36,488 bases of DNA from a virus, in IMG/VR virus record IMGVR_UViG_3300021076_000041. One strand, written 5' to 3'. Each line of letters opens with the position of its first letter. Within the stretch, counting starts at the first letter, position 1. The position numbers were made by a program, and so were the translations under genes. Below the pieces are notes generated by a model that searched no databases, was not told the DNA's origin, and worked only from the letters and a program-made list of their open reading frames with translations. Of this stretch, positions 34,955-36,488 are shown one piece after another.

Positions 34955-34983
34955 TTGACTTACCAACAGCAATATGCTACAAT
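34955..34983 (+). promoter_or_regulatory. sigma70-like promoter
   Basis: TTGACT (34955-34960), a 17-nt spacer, then TGC-TACAAT (34978-34983). Confidence 0.6.
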
Positions 34984-35018
34984 ATACTATATAAAGTTAC
35001 AATTGATCGGAGAATTAA

Positions 35019-36215
35019 ATGGATAAAACGGTTGAAAAACTAGTCAGAGCTCGTGTCGCAATGTTATTGCATAATCCATTCTTTGGAAATTTGGCAGTTC
35101 GTTTGAAATTGAAAGATATGACTGACAGCATGCCAACCGCCGGCACTGATGGTAGATATTTCTATTACAATCGAGATTTCATCAACAAGTTGAATCCAAA
35201 AGAGCTCATCTTCCTGTGGGCCCATGAAGTCCTGCATTGCTGTTATCAGCATATGTCAAAATCAAGAAAAGGATCAAGACATCATCAGATGTGGAACGCA
35301 GCCAATGATTATGTAATCAATTGGGAATTGCATGAGCACAAGATTGGACAATTACCAGATCCAAAGACTTCCGGTGTTCAGATATGTTTCGATGAAAAAT
35401 ACAAAGGAATGTGTTCCGAACAAGTGTATGATTTGCTTGATAAGAGTACGACTCGTATCTCAGTAATGGCAAATGGCAACGGTGGGTTTGATATTCACTT
35501 CGACGAAGACAATGCTGAATCGCCTGAAGGAAAGATGACTGAGGAAGAGAAGCGTGAATTGAGCGACGAAATTCGTCAGGCTGTAATGCAGGCAGCTAAG
35601 GTTGATAAACCTGGTAATATTCCATCCGGTATCAAAAGATTAATACACGATCTCACTGAACCACAGATGGATTGGCGTGAGTTTCTAAACATGCAGATTC
35701 AAAGTGCGTTCAAATCGGACTACACATTCTCGAGGCCAAACAGGAAAAGTCAGAATGGAATTATTCTCCCGGGACAAATTCCAGATACCAAGATAGATGT
35801 ATGCGTCAGTATTGACTGCTCGGGGTCTATGAGTGATTCAATGCTGAAAGATCTACTTGGCGAAGTAAAGGGAATTATGGAACAGTTTCTAGATTTCAAA
35901 GTTCGCCTGTGGTGCTTCGATACTGCTGTCTATGGATATGCTGAATTCACGCCAGACAATCTCCAAGATATCATGACTTACGAAATCAAGGGTGGCGGCG
36001 GAACAGCATTTCAGTGTAACTGGGATTATATGAGAGCGCACGATATTGTTCCTCATAGATTCATTATGATGACTGATGGATATGGTGAATCAGATTGGTG
36101 TGAGGGTGAAGCGGATTACTGCGAAACTATATTCCTTGTTCATAGTAACTCAGCACGAAATTTAGAGTCACCACACGGAATGACTGTGTACTATGACGCA
36201 CCCGAACCCAAATAG
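35019..36215 (+). CDS. VWA-domain protein with N-terminal HExxH metallopeptidase-like domain (CobT/DUF2201-like partner of the MoxR ATPase)
   Basis: WAHEVLHC is an HExxH motif. The MIDAS-like motif is SIDCSGSM. MMTDGYG is a late VWA motif. Confidence 0.7.
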   Translation: MDKTVEKLVRARVAMLLHNPFFGNLAVRLKLKDMTDSMPTAGTDGRYFYYNRDFINKLNPKELIFLWAHEVLHCCYQHMSKSRKGSRHHQMWNAANDYVINWELHEHKIGQLPDPKTSGVQICFDEKYKGMCSEQVYDLLDKSTTRISVMANGNGGFDIHFDEDNAESPEGKMTEEEKRELSDEIRQAVMQAAKVDKPGNIPSGIKRLIHDLTEPQMDWREFLNMQIQSAFKSDYTFSRPNRKSQNGIILPGQIPDTKIDVCVSIDCSGSMSDSMLKDLLGEVKGIMEQFLDFKVRLWCFDTAVYGYAEFTPDNLQDIMTYEIKGGGGTAFQCNWDYMRAHDIVPHRFIMMTDGYGESDWCEGEADYCETIFLVHSNSARNLESPHGMTVYYDAPEPK

Positions 36216-36234
36216 GAATCTGTGTTTCATTGTT

Positions 36235-36275
36235 GAAAATCTTGGTCGTTTCATTGAGGCTTCCAAGATTTTCAT
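36235..36275 (+). terminator. long hairpin after the VWA gene
   Basis: TGAAAATCTTGG-17 nt-CCAAGATTTTCA is a 12-bp stem. The motif TTTCATTG recurs three times around it. Confidence 0.5.
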
Positions 36276-36352
36276 TGAATTTAGCATGCAAAATAAAGCA
36301 TAGGCCGTAGTAGCAGGTCATTGTGCTATGTGCTAAATTCCTATGTTTTTCG

Positions 36353-36381
36353 TAGGAATTTCCATAGGTTATTGCTATAAT
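36353..36381 (+). promoter_or_regulatory. possible extended -10 promoter
   Basis: TGC-TATAAT (36376-36381). The -35 position has a poor match (TAGGAA) and is overlapped by an inverted repeat at 36335-36361. Confidence 0.35.
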
Positions 36382-36401
36382 TTCGGGGTATGTGCGCATA
36401 T

Positions 36402-36488
36402 ATGGATCAAGAATTAAAAACTTTCGTACTACTGAAATACGAAATCTTAACATCAAATTCCAATACTTGGGATAGATGCGAGGCCGCT
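36402..36488 (+). CDS. hypothetical protein, 3'-truncated at window edge
   Basis: ATG 36402 (or 36390) is open to the window end, 29 codons. Confidence 0.35.
   Translation, partial: MDQELKTFVLLKYEILTSNSNTWDRCEAA

Noticed and set aside
36127-36456. Minus-strand ORF 36127..36456, and the possibility of a tRNA or ncRNA in the 36216-36400 spacer
   Set aside because: The region is explained by a 12-bp terminator hairpin, a second inverted repeat and an extended -10 promoter. No T-loop (GTTCRANYC) or cloverleaf-compatible segment was found here or in the other intergenic gaps I read by eye.

Overview
AT-rich, gene-dense fragment of a large T4-like dsDNA phage. All function calls come from motifs read by eye, since no database search was possible. 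Recognisable genes are a gp43-type family-B DNA polymerase, RNase H/FEN, PhoH, a MoxR/CobS-like ATPase with a VWA partner, a DpdA-like transglycosylase, QueE, a GalE-like epimerase, a Gpt-like phosphoribosyltransferase, a macro-domain protein, tandem Imm-like membrane proteins, and an unusual IF-1 / DnaJ / ClpA-like block. Many small genes are coupled by ATGA overlaps. At least eight sigma70-like promoters share TTGAC(A/T)-N17-(TGC)TATACT/TACAAT, and there are several hairpin terminators. No tRNA, CRISPR array or mobile element was seen. Two signals stand out. (1) Twenty-three ORF interruptions in 14 genes on both strands have one form: a single extra C directly 5' of an in-frame GGT/GGC glycine codon, so the old frame reads CGG-Y. 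Several sites are pinned by invariant motifs (PhoH Walker A, PolB SLYG). The pattern is specific to codon phase, sense strand and wobble base, yet ordinary in-frame CGG-Y arginine codons also exist, so the motif is necessary but not sufficient. Recoding (+1 frameshift or quadruplet decoding), a systematic sequence artefact, or editing cannot be told apart from sequence alone. (2) An 11-copy tandem array of ~65-80 aa paralogs ends in LKYGHIYG. The start codon of each next copy sits inside those conserved C-terminal codons.
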